64,000 nucleotides of DNA from Leucoraja ocellata (lineage: Eukaryota): NCBI GenBank assembly GCA_036785375.1, contig JAWMAR010000070.1, positions 6,944,001 to 7,008,000 on the forward strand, given 5' to 3'. Positions 51,877-64,000 of this stretch are shown here, one piece after another. The position numbers and the translations under genes were made by a program. The notes under the pieces were generated by a model. That model did not search any database, was not told the DNA's origin, and was given only the letters and a program-made list of their open reading frames with translations. How positions within the stretch are numbered: the stretch's first letter is position 1; each line of letters opens with the position of its first letter.

Positions 51877-53444
51877 CATAGAAACATAGAAACATAGCTA
51901 ATAGGTGCAGGAGTAGGCCATTTGGCCCTTCGAGCCTGCACCGCCATTCAATATGATCATGGCAGATCATCCAACTCAGTATCCTGTACCTGCGTTCTCT
52001 CCATACCACCTGATCCATTTAGCCACAAGGGCCACATCTAACTCCCTCTTAAATATAGCCAATGAGCTGGCTTCAACTACCCTCTGCGGCAGAGAATTCC
52101 ACAGATTCACCACTCTCTGTGTGAAAAAAGTTTTCCTCATCTCGGCCCCAAAAGATTTCCCCCTTATCCTTAAACTGTGACCCCTTGTTCTGGACTTCCC
52201 CAACATCGGGACCAATTTTCCTGCATCTAGCCTGTCCAACCCCTTAAGAATTCTCCTATACTCAAATCCTTTTGCTATGAATGCTAACATACCATTCGCC
52301 TTCTTCACTGCCTGCTGCACCTGCATGCCTACTTTTAATGACTGGTGTACCATGACACCCAGGTCTTGTTGCATCTCCCCCTTTCCTAATCGGCCACCAT
52401 TCAGATAATAGTCTAATTTCCTGTTTTTGCCACCAAAGTGGATAACCTCACATTTATCCACATTATTCTGCATCTGCCATGCATTTGCCCACTCACCCAG
52501 CCTATCCAAGTCACCTTGCAGCCTCCTAGCATCCTCCTCACAGCTAACACTGCCCCCAGCTTTGTGTCATCCGCAAACTTGGAGATGTTGCATTCAATTC
52601 CCTCGTCCAAATCATTAATATATACCGTAAATAACTGGGGTCCCAGAACTGAGCCTTGCGGTACCCCACTAGTCACTGCCTGCCATTGTGAAAAGGACCC
52701 GTTCACTCCTACTCTTTGCTTCCTGTCTGCCAGCCAGTTCTCTATCCACATCAATACTGAACCCCCAATACCGTGTGCTTTAAGTTTGTATACTAATCTC
52801 TTATGTGGGACCTTGTCGAAAGCCTTCTGGAAGTCCAGATACACCACATCCACTGGTTCTCCCCTATCCACGCTACTAGTTACATCCTCGAAAAATTCTA
52901 TAAGATTCGTCAGACATGATTTGCCCTTCATAAATCCATGCTGACCTTGTCCAATGATTTCACCACTTTCCAAATGTGCTACTATCCCATCTTTAATAAC
53001 TGATTCTAGCAGTTTCCCCACTACCGACGTTAGACTAACTGGTCTGTAATTCCCCATTTTCTCTCTCCCTCTCTTTATAAAATGTGGTGTTACATTAGCT
53101 ACCCTCCAATCCTCAGGAACTACCCCCAAATCTAAAGAGTTTTTAAAAATGATCACTAATGCATCCACTATTTCTGGGGCTACTTCCTTAAGTACTCTGG
53201 GATGCAGCCTATCTGGCCCTGGGGATTTATCGGCTTTTAATTCATTCAATTTACCTACCACCACTTCCCGGCTAACCTGGATTTCACTCAGTTCCTCCAT
53301 CTCATTTGACCCGCGGTCCCCTGCTATTTCCGGCAGATTATTTATGTCTTCCTTAGTGAAGACAGAACCAAAGTAGTTATTCAATTGGTCTGCCATGTCC
53401 TTGTTCCCCATGATCAATTCACTTGTTTCTGACTGCAAGGGACC
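51877..53444 (-). mobile_element. CR1-clade LINE 3' portion (RT), frameshifted, with internal deletion
   Basis: RT motifs in ORFs 52413..53438 and 51976..52509; (ATGTTTCT)n tail near 51880. Confidence 0.93.
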
Positions 53445-56400
53445 TGAAGGGCTTGGCCAAGCAGATAGTTATGATATTGTGGCCATTACGGAGACATGGC
53501 TGCAAGGGGATCAGGACTGGGAGTTAAATATAGAGGGGTACTCGACAATTAGGAAAGATAGACAGGAAAGAAAGGGAGGAGGGGTGGCCCTTTTAATAAG
53601 GGAGGGAATAACGGCAATAGAGAGGAAGGATATTGCGTTGAAGGATCAGGATAGTGAAACAGCTTGGGTACAGATAGAGAATAATAAGGGGAAAAAAACA
53701 CTAGTGGGTGTAATTTATAGACATCCAAATAGCTGTGACGCTGTTAGTCAGGACATAAATCTGCAAATAGTTGACGCATGTAAAAAGGGAACTGCTGTAA
53801 TCATGGGGGACTTCAATTTTCATATTAATTGGGCAAACCAAACTGGGCAGGGTAGACTAGAGGAAGAGTTTATAGAATGTATTAGAGACGGGTTCCTAGA
53901 ACAGTATGTCACAGAACCGACAAGGGGGGAGGCAATCTTGGATCTGGTCCTGTGTAATGAAGCAGGATTAATTAAAAATGTCATAGTTAGGGACTCGTTG
54001 GGAACAAGTGACCACAATATGGTCGAATTCCATATTCAAATAGAAGGGGAGCAGGTTGAAACTCAGGCTAGGGTGCTTAGTCTAAATAAGGGGGATTATG
54101 AAGGTATGAGGACTGAGCTGATCAAAGTTGACTGGGATAGCAGACTCAAGAATAAGACGGTACATGAGCAGTGGTGTACGTTTAAGGGTATACTGTATAA
54201 CCTTCAAGAAAAATTTATTCCTATGAAGAAAAAAAGGGGTAAGGGTAAGAACAGTCAGCCATGGCTCAGTAAAACTATAAAGGATAGTATTCGGCTGAAG
54301 GCAAGGGCATATAAGGTAGCCAGAGATAGTGGGAGGGTAGAGGATTGGGAAGCATTTAAAGGTCAGCAAAAAATAACTAAGAGATTAATTAAGACGGGGA
54401 AAATAGACTATGAAAGGAATTTAGCGAACAACATAAAAACTAATAGTAAGAGTTTTTATAGCTATATAAAAAGAAAAAGGGTGGCTAAGGTGAACGTTGG
54501 TCCATTGGAGGGTGAGACTGGAGAGTTGTTGGTGGGGAACATGGAAATGGCAAAGGCATTAAACGAGTATTTTGTATCAGTCTTCACCATAGAAGACACA
54601 AAAAATATTCCAACGCTGGATAAACAGGGGGCGGTAGGAATGGAGGAGCTAAATACTATTAAGATCACCAAGGAGGTGGTATTAGGGAAATTAATGAGAC
54701 TGAAGGAGGATAAATCCCCTGGGCCTGATGGATTACATCCAAGGGTCTTGAGGGAGATAGCGGTGGGGATTGTGGATGCATTGGTGATAATTTTCCAAAA
54801 CTCCCTGGAGGCAGGAACAGTCCCAGTGGATTGGAAAATGGCCAATGTAACACCTATATTTAAAAAAGGAAGTAAACAGAAGGCGGGTAACTATAGACCG
54901 GTTAGTCTAACATCGGTGGTGGGTAAAATGTTAGAGACAATTATTAAAGAAACACTAACGGGGCACTTGGATAAACATGACTTCATCGGACAGAACCAGC
55001 ATGGTTTTGTGAAGGGGAAGTCCTGTTTAACGAATCTGCTCGAATTCTTTGAGGAAGTAACAACCCGGGTGGATAAAGGGGAACCGGTGGATGTGGTATA
55101 CTTGGACTTCCAAAAGGCTTTTGACAAGGTGCCACATAAGAGACTATTGCTAAAAATAAAAAATTATGGGATTGGGGGTAATATATTAGCATGGGTAGAG
55201 GATTGGCTAACAAATAGGAAGCAGAGAGTGGGGATAAATGGTTCATACTCGGGATGGCAACCGGTAACTAGCGGGGTTCCGCAAGGGTCGGTGCTGGGAC
55301 CCCAGTTGTTCACAATTTATATAAATGATTTGGAGGAGGGAACCAAGTGTAATATATCAAAATTTGCGGACGATACAAAAATGGGAGGAAAAGTAGGGGA
55401 TGAGGAGGATAGGAAGAGTCTGCAAAAGGATATAGATAAGCTAGGTGAGTGGGCAACAACTTGGCAGATGAAATTTAATACTAATAAATGTGAAGTCATT
55501 CACTTTGGGAAAAAAAATGATAGGGCAAGTTATTTTCTAAATGAGGAGGAGCTGCGTTGTAATGCAACGCAAAGGGATCTAGGGGTATTAGTACATGAAT
55601 CACTGAAAGTTAGTATGCAGGTGCAGCAAGCAATCAGGAAGGCCAATGGAGTTTTGGCCTTTATTGCTAGGGGGATTGAGTATAAAAACACGGAGGTCTT
55701 GCTGCAGCTGTACACAGTATTAGTGAGACCACATTTGGAATACTGTGTACAGTTCTGGGGTCCATACTTAAGAAAGGATGTACTAGCCCTGGAGGCAGTG
55801 CAGCGAAGGTTTACAAGATTAATTCCTGCAATGAGGGGATTGACATATGAGGAAAGGTTAAGTAGGCTGGAACTCTACTCTTTGGAGTTTAGAAGAATGA
55901 GAGGCGATCTCATTGAAACATATAAGATCGTGAGGGGCCTTGATCGGGTGGATGCACCGAGGATGTTCCCAATGATCGGGGAAACTAGAACTAGGGGACA
56001 TAGTTGCAGAATAAGGGGGGGCTCTTTTAAAACTGAGATGAGGAAGAACTTCTTCACCCAGAGGGTGGTTAATTTATGGAATTCACTGCCCCAGGGAGCA
56101 GTGGAAGCAGAAACTTTAAATATATTTAAGACTAAAATAGATGGTTTTTTAGCTGCCAAGGGGATAAGGGGCTACGGGGAGAGGGCAGGGATATGGACCT
56201 AGGTATGGTTAGTATAGTAAGACCTGAGTGATCTCCTGGACAAGTGTCGATCGCCTAGATTGGGGTCGGAGAGGAATTTCCCGGATTTTTTTCCCGAATT
56301 GGACCTGGGTTTTTATCCGGTTTTTTGCCTCCCCCAGGAGATCACGAGGTTCTTGGGGTGGAGAGGGGTGATAGCGGTATAAAGGGGAGGGTAGTGTCTT

Positions 56401-56540
56401 GTGTTCTGTGTCTTGTGTCTTCTGTTTGTGGGTAAGTGTGTCTGTTTAGTGTTCAGCCATGAGCGAATGGCGGTGCGGGCTCGATGGACCTGGTGGTCTA
56501 CTCTCGCACCTACTTTCTATGTTTCTATCTATGTTTCTAT
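53445..56540 (+). mobile_element. CR1-clade LINE, 5'-truncated, with open ORF2 (endonuclease + reverse transcriptase) and 3' UTR
   Basis: About 915 uninterrupted codons: DIVAITETWL, GDFN and SDHN (APE endonuclease); [21 protein letters not shown] and FADD (RT); ends in an ATGTTTCT-like tail. Confidence 0.95.
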
Positions 56541-58670
56541 ACAAGGATTGAACCCGCAGTGGTTTAGGTATCGTGAGGGGGAATTTGATGTACAGTCCAA
56601 AAATAAAGATTAGTTGTTCCAGTGCTTGACTCAGTGGTTTTTGACTGAACTAGACTGGGGGTAAGCTTGAGAAGAATGTATTTAATCCCACCCCCCCAGT
56701 ACCACCCTCCTTCTCCCTCTACCCCTTCCCACTCTCTCTCTACCCCCTTTCTCTCTGCCTCTCTCCTTCTCTCCCCCTCCTCTCTATCTCTCTAGGTATT
56801 GAAGAGGGAGGGTGAAGAGTAGGAAGAGGGGATGCGGCGAAATGAGCCGCGCCTGCATAGTTGGGGGCAATGAGTGAGTGGTGGAACATAGTGTTGGGGA
56901 GCGGGTGAGTGGTGGAATATTGTGTTGGGGAATGGGTAAGTGGTGGAATATTGCGTTGGGGAGCAGACCCAATGGATCTGTACTTGGTCTGCACAGTAAC
57001 TTTATATCACCAGTGGTGCAGTGTCCATCAGGGTTGTGTAGGGTTGTGGTGAGTGGCGTAGGGTTGTGGTTGGGGTTGTGCAGGCTGGTTCAACAACCTT
57101 GTGCTTGCTGGGAAGAAGCTGCTCTTGAACCTGGAGCTCACGGTTCTCAGGCTCCTTGTACCTTCCCCTCAGTAGTGGTGATAAGAGAGTGTGGCCAGGG
57201 TGGTGTGGGTCTATAGCTGGAAGACCGGGCTCCATACGGAGGTAAGAAAGCTCCTTGACAACCACAATTGACACCCAACGAGGGTCAAAACTGGACTCTA
57301 ATCAGCAGCCCTAACAATGCACGAGGGCAATGCAGGTGCGGTACAGTGGCGCAGCGGTAGAGTTGCTGCCTTACAGCGCTAGAGACCCGCCTTCGATGGT
57401 AACTACGGGCACTGTCTGTACAGTGTATGTACATTGTCCCTGTGACCATGTGGGTTTCCTCCGGGTGCTCTGGTTTCCTTTCAGATTACAAAGACGTGTA
57501 GATTTATAGGTTAATTGGCTTCAGTAAATTGTCCCTAGTGTGTAGGTTAGAACTAGTGTAGGGGTGATCACTGGTTGGGTTAGACTCGGTGGGCCGAAGA
57601 ACCTGTTTCCATATCCTAACATATTCAGTTTTTCAGAGCCCCGCGCGATGTCGGGACCAGCTCCACACAACTCCATACGGCTCCGGCGATCAAAGTGGGA
57701 CCGGCCCCGCGAGGCCGTACGGCTCAAGTGACCACGTTAGGTCGCGCTTGCCGCATGGAGTCGCATGCTCGTGGGACAGGCCCTTTAATCCGGCGATGTT
57801 GCCCGTAGTGAGCAAAAGTTGCACAAAGTTCACACCCAACTCAATGCTGGCGTACAAAGAATCACTCACACCGGCTGTCTTCAGGGCAGGCAGAAGAAAG
57901 TTTATTTAAATTAAACGTACATTTACCGGTGCAAGCAAGGTCAGTTCTCCTCACTGCATGCGATCCACGCTCACACCTTCCACGCTGCTCATCTTTATAC
58001 CTTTACTATTCCCTACTTAGTGTCAGAGTCAAACAATATGGAAACAGGCCCTTCCCCCAATACCATGTGCTCTAATTTTGCCCATTAATCTCCTATGTGG
58101 GACCTTATCAAATACTTCCTGCAAGTCCAGGTACACTACATCCACTGGCTCTCCATTGTCCCCAGATCGTCTGACCACTAGTACATCAGGGAGATTGTTT
58201 GTGTTCTTCTTAGTGAAGACGGATCCAAAGTTTTTAGTCTATAAAGGTCCAATTTTAGTCTGAACTAATTTTGCTAGTTATTTTTTAGTTATCTTCTGTT
58301 GCTCTTTAAAAGAGTTACCCAATCCCCTGGCTTTCCGCTCATCTTTGCAACGTTATACCTGTTCTCTTTTATTTTGATAGTGTCCCTGACTTCCCTTGTC
58401 AGCCACGGTCGCCCCTAACTCCCCATGGAATCTTCCTTCCTCTTTGGAATCCGGGTGCTCCGGTTTCGTCCCACACCCCAGAGACGTGCAGGTTTGTAGG
58501 TTAATTGGTCAGTGTAAATTGTATCTAGTGTGTGGGATAGAACTAGTATATGGGGTGATCACTGGTCCCCATTGACTCTGTGGCCGAAGGGCTTGTTTCC
58601 CTGTTGTACCTCTGAACGAAACTAAACTAAACTAGACTTTGCTACTGACCCTGGGACTGGCCCTGCTGAA

Positions 58671-59207
58671 TCAGTGAGAGATCATCAGCTGCATCAATAA
58701 TTCACAAACCGGTCTATCTCTATAATGGAACCAAACACAGGAATACGTCCCTGTATCTTCCTCTTTTACACCTGTCAGGAGCAACGTGGCGTCCTGTTCC
58801 CAAAGGACGTTTCGTTCCACGAACTTCCAGTGAACATCAGATCCCTTATAACGCTCATGCACTCTAGTATGGAAATAGGCAATTACAACACCATCTTTTT
58901 TCCATCTAACCGTGAGACTATTGTCAACGTTGGATACATTACATGGCAACGTAACAGAACCACCCAGAGATGCAACGAGCACCTTCTTGTTAATCGTTGA
59001 TAGGTGATGACTGATGGTATCAGAATCTGACTTGTCCGTGCATCTTGGAAGCGTTTCATTGGTGACTTGCCGAGGGGCCCGTGCGTTCCGCCCGGCCAAG
59101 TTTGCTTCCTCTCCCCATTCTCTGGAGATCGGACCTGTTCCAGTTGCGGAGACTTGCCACACCATCTCCACAAGGACCATGAATCCTATCCATCTCTGCA
59201 GTCCCAT
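58671..59207 (-). CDS. Secreted single Ig V-set domain protein (178 aa), copy 2, intact
   Basis: Acceptor cccacAG|gaacATG. Hydrophobic leader MGLQRWIGFMVLVEMVWQVSATG. V-set motifs GGSVTLPC, WKK, DATLLLTGV, DTGTYSC. Stop directly after the G strand; no transmembrane segment. Confidence 0.85.
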   Translation of the reverse strand: MGLQRWIGFMVLVEMVWQVSATGTGPISREWGEEANLAGRNARAPRQVTNETLPRCTDKSDSDTISHHLSTINKKVLVASLGGSVTLPCNVSNVDNSLTVRWKKDGVVIAYFHTRVHERYKGSDVHWKFVERNVLWEQDATLLLTGVKEEDTGTYSCVWFHYRDRPVCELLMQLMISH

Positions 59208-59785
59208 GTTCCTGTGGGTGAAACAATGGGTCACCTTATTGCAACTCAGTAGGATTCATGATGACATTCCCTGAACCCGCCCAGAGTTGGGGAATCGAGA
59301 ACCAGAGGACATCGGTTTAAGGTGAGGGGGGGAAAGATTTCATGGGAAACTGAGGGGTGACTTTTTTACACAAAGGGTGGAGGGTGTTTGGAACGAGCTG
59401 CCGGAAGAGGTAGTTGAGGCAGGTACTATCACAATGATTAAGAAACAGTTAGACAGGTACATTGATAGGACAGGATTAGAGGGGTAAGGGCCAAACGCAG
59501 GCAGGTGGGTCTAGTATTGATGGGGACACGTTGGTGGGCACGGGCAAGTTGGGCCGAAGGTCTCGCTGTGACTCTATGACTCCATCACTTGTCCCACCCC
59601 GGTCATTCCTCCTTCTCCCTGGTCCTGTCTAGCAGAAGGTACAGAAGCTTGAAAGCGCGCACCACCAGACTCAGGAACAGCTTCTTCCCCTCTGCTATCA
59701 GGCTTCTGAACTGGGGGAACAGTGAACAGAGACAATCCCACCCCCATCACTCACAGACACTTGAAGGATCCACAGGGTTGGTTAC

Positions 59786-59945
59786 CAGCTCCGGAGTCTC
59801 CACACAGGGTGACGGGGTCGGTCTTGTTCTCATCTCCTGCCATCGCTCGCTCCTTTTATACCGACTCCCGGCTTCTCCTGCCCCTCATTGTCTGCCCTCA
59901 CGTACATTCAACCAATCACTGCCTCCCACGGAGCATTGGCCGGAG
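59786..59945 (-). promoter_or_regulatory. Ig-V gene copy 2 promoter and non-coding exon 1
   Basis: CCAAT motifs at ~59912 and ~59935, TATAAAA at 59854-59860 (minus), donor CTG|GTaacc at 59786/59785. Confidence 0.6.
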
Positions 59946-62277
59946 TCAGCCGCGACCTCTCCACCCTCTGCCAAACGTGTCGTTGCATCAGCCGTTAACG
60001 TTTAACAAGAACAACGTCATCCCAGCTGCCAGCGGCCAACCAGGCGCCCCACACATCCTGCTTGTGTCTCCACCACGTCTCGTTCTGGTCAACCCATCGC
60101 AGTTGAGGCAGAAACTATCCCGACGTTTAAGAAACAGTTAGACAGGTACAGGTATAGGTCAGATTTAGAGGGATATGGACCAAACGTGGACAGGTGGGAC
60201 TAGTGTAGCTGGGACATGTTGTCCAATGCGGGCAAGTTGGGCCGAAGGGCCTGTTTCCATGCTGTATCACTCTATGACTGTATAACACTATGACATTAAA
60301 TCTTCTGCTTATCGAATCCACACACAAGATTAGTTGTTCAGCCAGAGCTGATCACACTTCTCGGCATCTGCATAAAATGGTGTCTGTCTTGTTGCGTCTT
60401 GTGCTGCTTGTTCGTGGTGGTGGAGAGATTGGTGTAAACGTGAAACATTAAATAAATAATGATAACTAGACCAAGTGGGACCCGTTGGGCCCCGTTCCCC
60501 CAACGTAATATTCCACCACTCACCCATACCCCACAATACTCACCCCATCCCCTAGCAAGGAAAATTCTGGAAATGAAACCTCTCTCTTACTCCACCCCCC
60601 CACAATGAAACGGGGAGCCCCCGCCTCCAACCCACCCCTCCCCACAATCGTAATTATTTTATAAATAAGGAGTAAATGAAACCTCTCAGCAATTCCACCC
60701 CCCACAATGAAAAGCCTCCTCCCAAGAAATCTAAATGAGATTCCTTTGCGATGTACCCGTCCCCCCAACGTAATATTCCACCACTCACCCATACCCCACA
60801 ACTGCGCAGGCGAGTCTCTTACACTCCCTCCCCCTCGTCTTTACCCTCCTCCTTCTCTCCCCTCTCCTCCTCCCCTCCTCCGCACATTATTAATCACATT
60901 AACCCCTTTGACAAAATAAACTGCTCCACTTCACATTACATGCTGTAGTTCACAAGTTATAGCGTTTTAAAAATAGTGAAAACCAACTTATTAAACGGCA
61001 AACCTTCACCCCGCTTCGAGTGATGTCACAAAGGGGGAGTGGTCGACCAGCAGCTTCCAGTGATGTCAGGGGGAGGACCTCATTGAAATTAACTTTCCGC
61101 TTTATCCGATCCGGCCTTCTACGCCCCACATGTGGTTTTTCGCGGCCATCAAAGAGGCGTCGAGACTGCGGCGGTGAAGGAGATATCGTGTCCGCCATGG
61201 GCGGAAATCCTGGGGGGGACAGGGGGCATGTCCCCTATGCTTTGGGAGGTGGGGGACGATTCCCCCCCCGCCCATGTTTTGTGTTCCGGACTTTATCAGA
61301 CGCTTTCTATGGGCAGAATCGTCCCGTTCGCGGGGCCTTTCAGCGCCCGAGCGGCTTATAATCAAACTGCTGCATCGAGGCGATCGAGGCTCCCATAGAA
61401 ACATAGAAAATAGGTGCAGGAGTAGGCCATTCGGCCCTTCGTGCCTGCACTGCCGTTTAATATGATTATACTGTTCCTCCAACTCAGTATGCCATAAAGT
61501 CCTGACATCCCAGGAATCAGTCTGGTGAACCTTCTCTGTACTCCCTCTATGGCAAGAATGTCTTTCCTCAGATTAAGAGGCCAGCCAGTTCTCTATCCAC
61601 ATCAATACCAATGTTGAAATCCCTGCCGGGCGATGAAAGGCCCCGCGAACGGGCCGATTCAAGCCCCACGATTCGGGGCGGACGAAGCTGCTGTTGCTGG
61701 AGTTCGGAGTCAGTCACCAACCAAGTCAGTTCCCGATGTTACCGTCCACAGGGCCCACGGCCGAATCCTCGCGTGTGTGCCGCATGCACGCGTGTGCATG
61801 TGTGCCGCCATGGAATTGTGCCCCCCCATGTTTTTATGCCGATTTCCGTGCATGGAGATGACCTCCAATGAAGTGTAAATGCATGGTTGATTGGATTACT
61901 GCAACAGCATTGTAAATATTGTATATAATGTGCCAGGCAGTTATCCTACTGTTTGTTGATTGGCTAAAGTGTTGAGCCCTGGCAGGTTTGTTTGAATTCC
62001 AGGGTAAATGTTGCATTATTCAAGTTAAGTTAGCATCTTCCAGAAGCTTCTCCTGAAACAATGTATGGGATCTATTAGTGGTCTGGGGAACTGTCTATAA
62101 TATACTGATGTAATTAATATGTTTGATTGGATTGTAAAGAGACCACCCCTATGTAGTTCGGCCCCTCAAGGTTCGGGGACTTATAAAAGGCAGCCCCCAC
62201 GAGGTCCTTTGTCGATCTTCTGGAAGAATCCTTGGGACAGCGTGACCTTTTGGAGTGTTTCTGCTTGCACGAGGCTG

Positions 62278-64000
62278 AACATACAAACATAGAAACATAG
62301 CTAATAGGTGCAGGAGTAGGCCATTTGGCCCTTCGAGCCTGCACCGCCATTCAATATGATCATGGCAGATCATCCAACTCAGTATCCTGTACCTGCGTTC
62401 TCTCCATACCACCTGATCCATTTAGCCACAAGGGCCACATCTAACTCCCTCTTAAATATAGCCAATGAACTGGCTTCAACTACCTTCTGCGGCAGAGAAT
62501 TCCAGAGATTCACCACTCTCTGTGTGAAAAAAGTTTTCCTCATCTCGGCCCCAAAAGATTTCCCCCTTATCCTTAAACTGTGACCCCTTGTTCTGGACTT
62601 CCCCAACATCGGGACCAATTTTCCTGCATCTAGCCTGTCCAACCCCTTAAGAATTTTGTAAGTTTCTATAAGATCCCCCCTCAATCTTCTAAATTCTAGC
62701 GAGTACAAACCGAGTCTATCCAGTCTTTCGTCATATGAAAGTCCTGACATCACAGGAATCAGTCTGGTGAGCCTTCTCTGTACTCCCTCTATGGCAAGAA
62801 TGTCTTTCCTCAGATTAAGAGACCAAAATTGTACACAATACTCCAAGTGTGGTCTCACCAAGACCCTGTACAACTGCAGTAGAACCTCCCTGCTCCTATA
62901 CTCAAATCCTTTTGCTATGAATCCTAACATACCATTCGCCTTCTTCACTGCCTGCTGCACCTGTATGCCTACTTTTAATGACTGGTGTACCATGACACCC
63001 AGGTCTCGTTGCATCTCCCCCTTTCCTAATCGGCCACCATTCAGATAATAGTCTAATTTCCTGTTTTTGCCACCAAAGTGGATAACCTCACATTTATCCA
63101 CATTATTCTGCATCTGCCATGCATTTGCCCACTCACCCAGCCTATCCAAGTCACCTTGCAGCCTCCTAGCATCCTCCTCACAGCTAACACTGCCCCCAGC
63201 TTTGTGTCATCCGCAAACTTGGAGATGTTGCATTCAATTCCCTCGTCCAAATCATTAATATATACCGTAAATAACTGGGGTCCCAGCACTGAGCCTTGCG
63301 GTACCCCACTAGTCACTGCCTGCCATTGTGAAAAGGACCCGTTCACTCCTACTCTTTGCTTCCTGTCTGCCAGCCAGTTCTCTATCCACATCAATACTGA
63401 ACCCCCAATACCGTGTGCTTTAAGTTTGTATACTAATCTCTTATGTGGGACCTTGTCGAAAGCCTTCTGGAAGTCCAGATACACCACATCCACTGGTTCT
63501 CCCCTATCCACGCTACTAGTTACATCCTCGAAAAATTCTATAAGATTCGTCAGACATGATTTGCCCTTCATAAATCCATGCTGACCTTGTCCAATGATTT
63601 CACCACTTTCCAAATGTGCTACTATCCCATCTTTAATAACTGATTCTAGCAGTTTCCCCACTACCGACGTTAGACTAACTGGTCTGTAATTCCCCATTTT
63701 CTCTCTCCCTCTCTTTATAAAATGTGGTGTTACATTAGCTACCCTCCAATCCTCAGGAACTACCCCCAAATCTAAAGAGTTTTTAAAAATGATCACTAAT
63801 GCATCCACTATTTCTGGGGCTACTTCCTTAAGTACTCTGGGATGCAGCCTATCTGGCCCTGGGGATTTATCGGCTTTTAATTCATTCAATTTACCTACCA
63901 CCACTTCCCGGCTAACCTGGATTTCACTCAGTTCCTCCATCTCATTTGACCCGCGGTCCCCTGCTATTTCCGGCAGATTATTTATGTCTTCCTTAGTGAA
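62278..64000 (-). mobile_element. CR1-clade LINE 3' portion (duplicate of 51877-53444)
   Basis: ORFs 63053..63940 and 62379..63149; same frameshift as unit 1. Confidence 0.93.

Larger units (their letters stand above)
47080..53444 (+). repeat. Tandem segmental duplication, unit 1
   Basis: Colinear and near-identical to 57787-64000 in unique sequence, SINE, Ig gene and CR1 fragments; offset about 10 kb. Confidence 0.92.
57787..64000 (+). repeat. Tandem segmental duplication, unit 2 (runs off the window)
   Basis: Identical ORF translations, e.g. 52413..53438 versus 63053..63940; near-identical 49665..50081 versus 59589..60005. Confidence 0.92.

Noticed and set aside
58600-58700. RAG-rearranging V segment
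   Set aside because: No CACAGTG heptamer/nonamer at the V end; the domain already includes its G strand and a stop.
8933-59207. VCBP-like fusion (Ig V spliced to a chitin-binding domain)
   Set aside because: Both Ig ORFs stop right after the V domain, and the only same-strand CBM14 exon belongs to gene B about 40 kb away. Adjacency alone does not support a link.

Overview
Vertebrate genomic DNA, by inference a cartilaginous fish (skate/ray-like), judged from dense HE1/V-SINE-type SINEs and CR1/HER1-type LINEs. It is a draft assembly with six N-gaps. The window holds a GH18 chitinase cluster. Gene A (+) shows only its last coding exon and a 3' UTR exon. Gene B (-) is a complete 11-coding-exon CHIA/CHIT1-like gene with an intact DxxDxDxE motif. 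Gene C (+), head-to-head with B, is a chitinase-like gene with the catalytic Glu replaced by Gln and further active-site changes, yet it keeps a CBM14 exon; it is a candidate chi-lectin. From about 47 kb on lies a ~10-kb tandem segmental duplication. Each unit carries a small gene for a secreted prepro-single-Ig-V-domain protein. Promoter, intron, signal/pro region and 3' flank are nearly identical between the two copies, but the V domain is only about one-third identical. Other content: a near-intact CR1 ORF2, Harbinger-like and hAT-like MITEs, a hairpin retro-element with hammerhead-like cores and TSDs, and several minisatellites. Several single-base frameshifts in the genes may be assembly errors.
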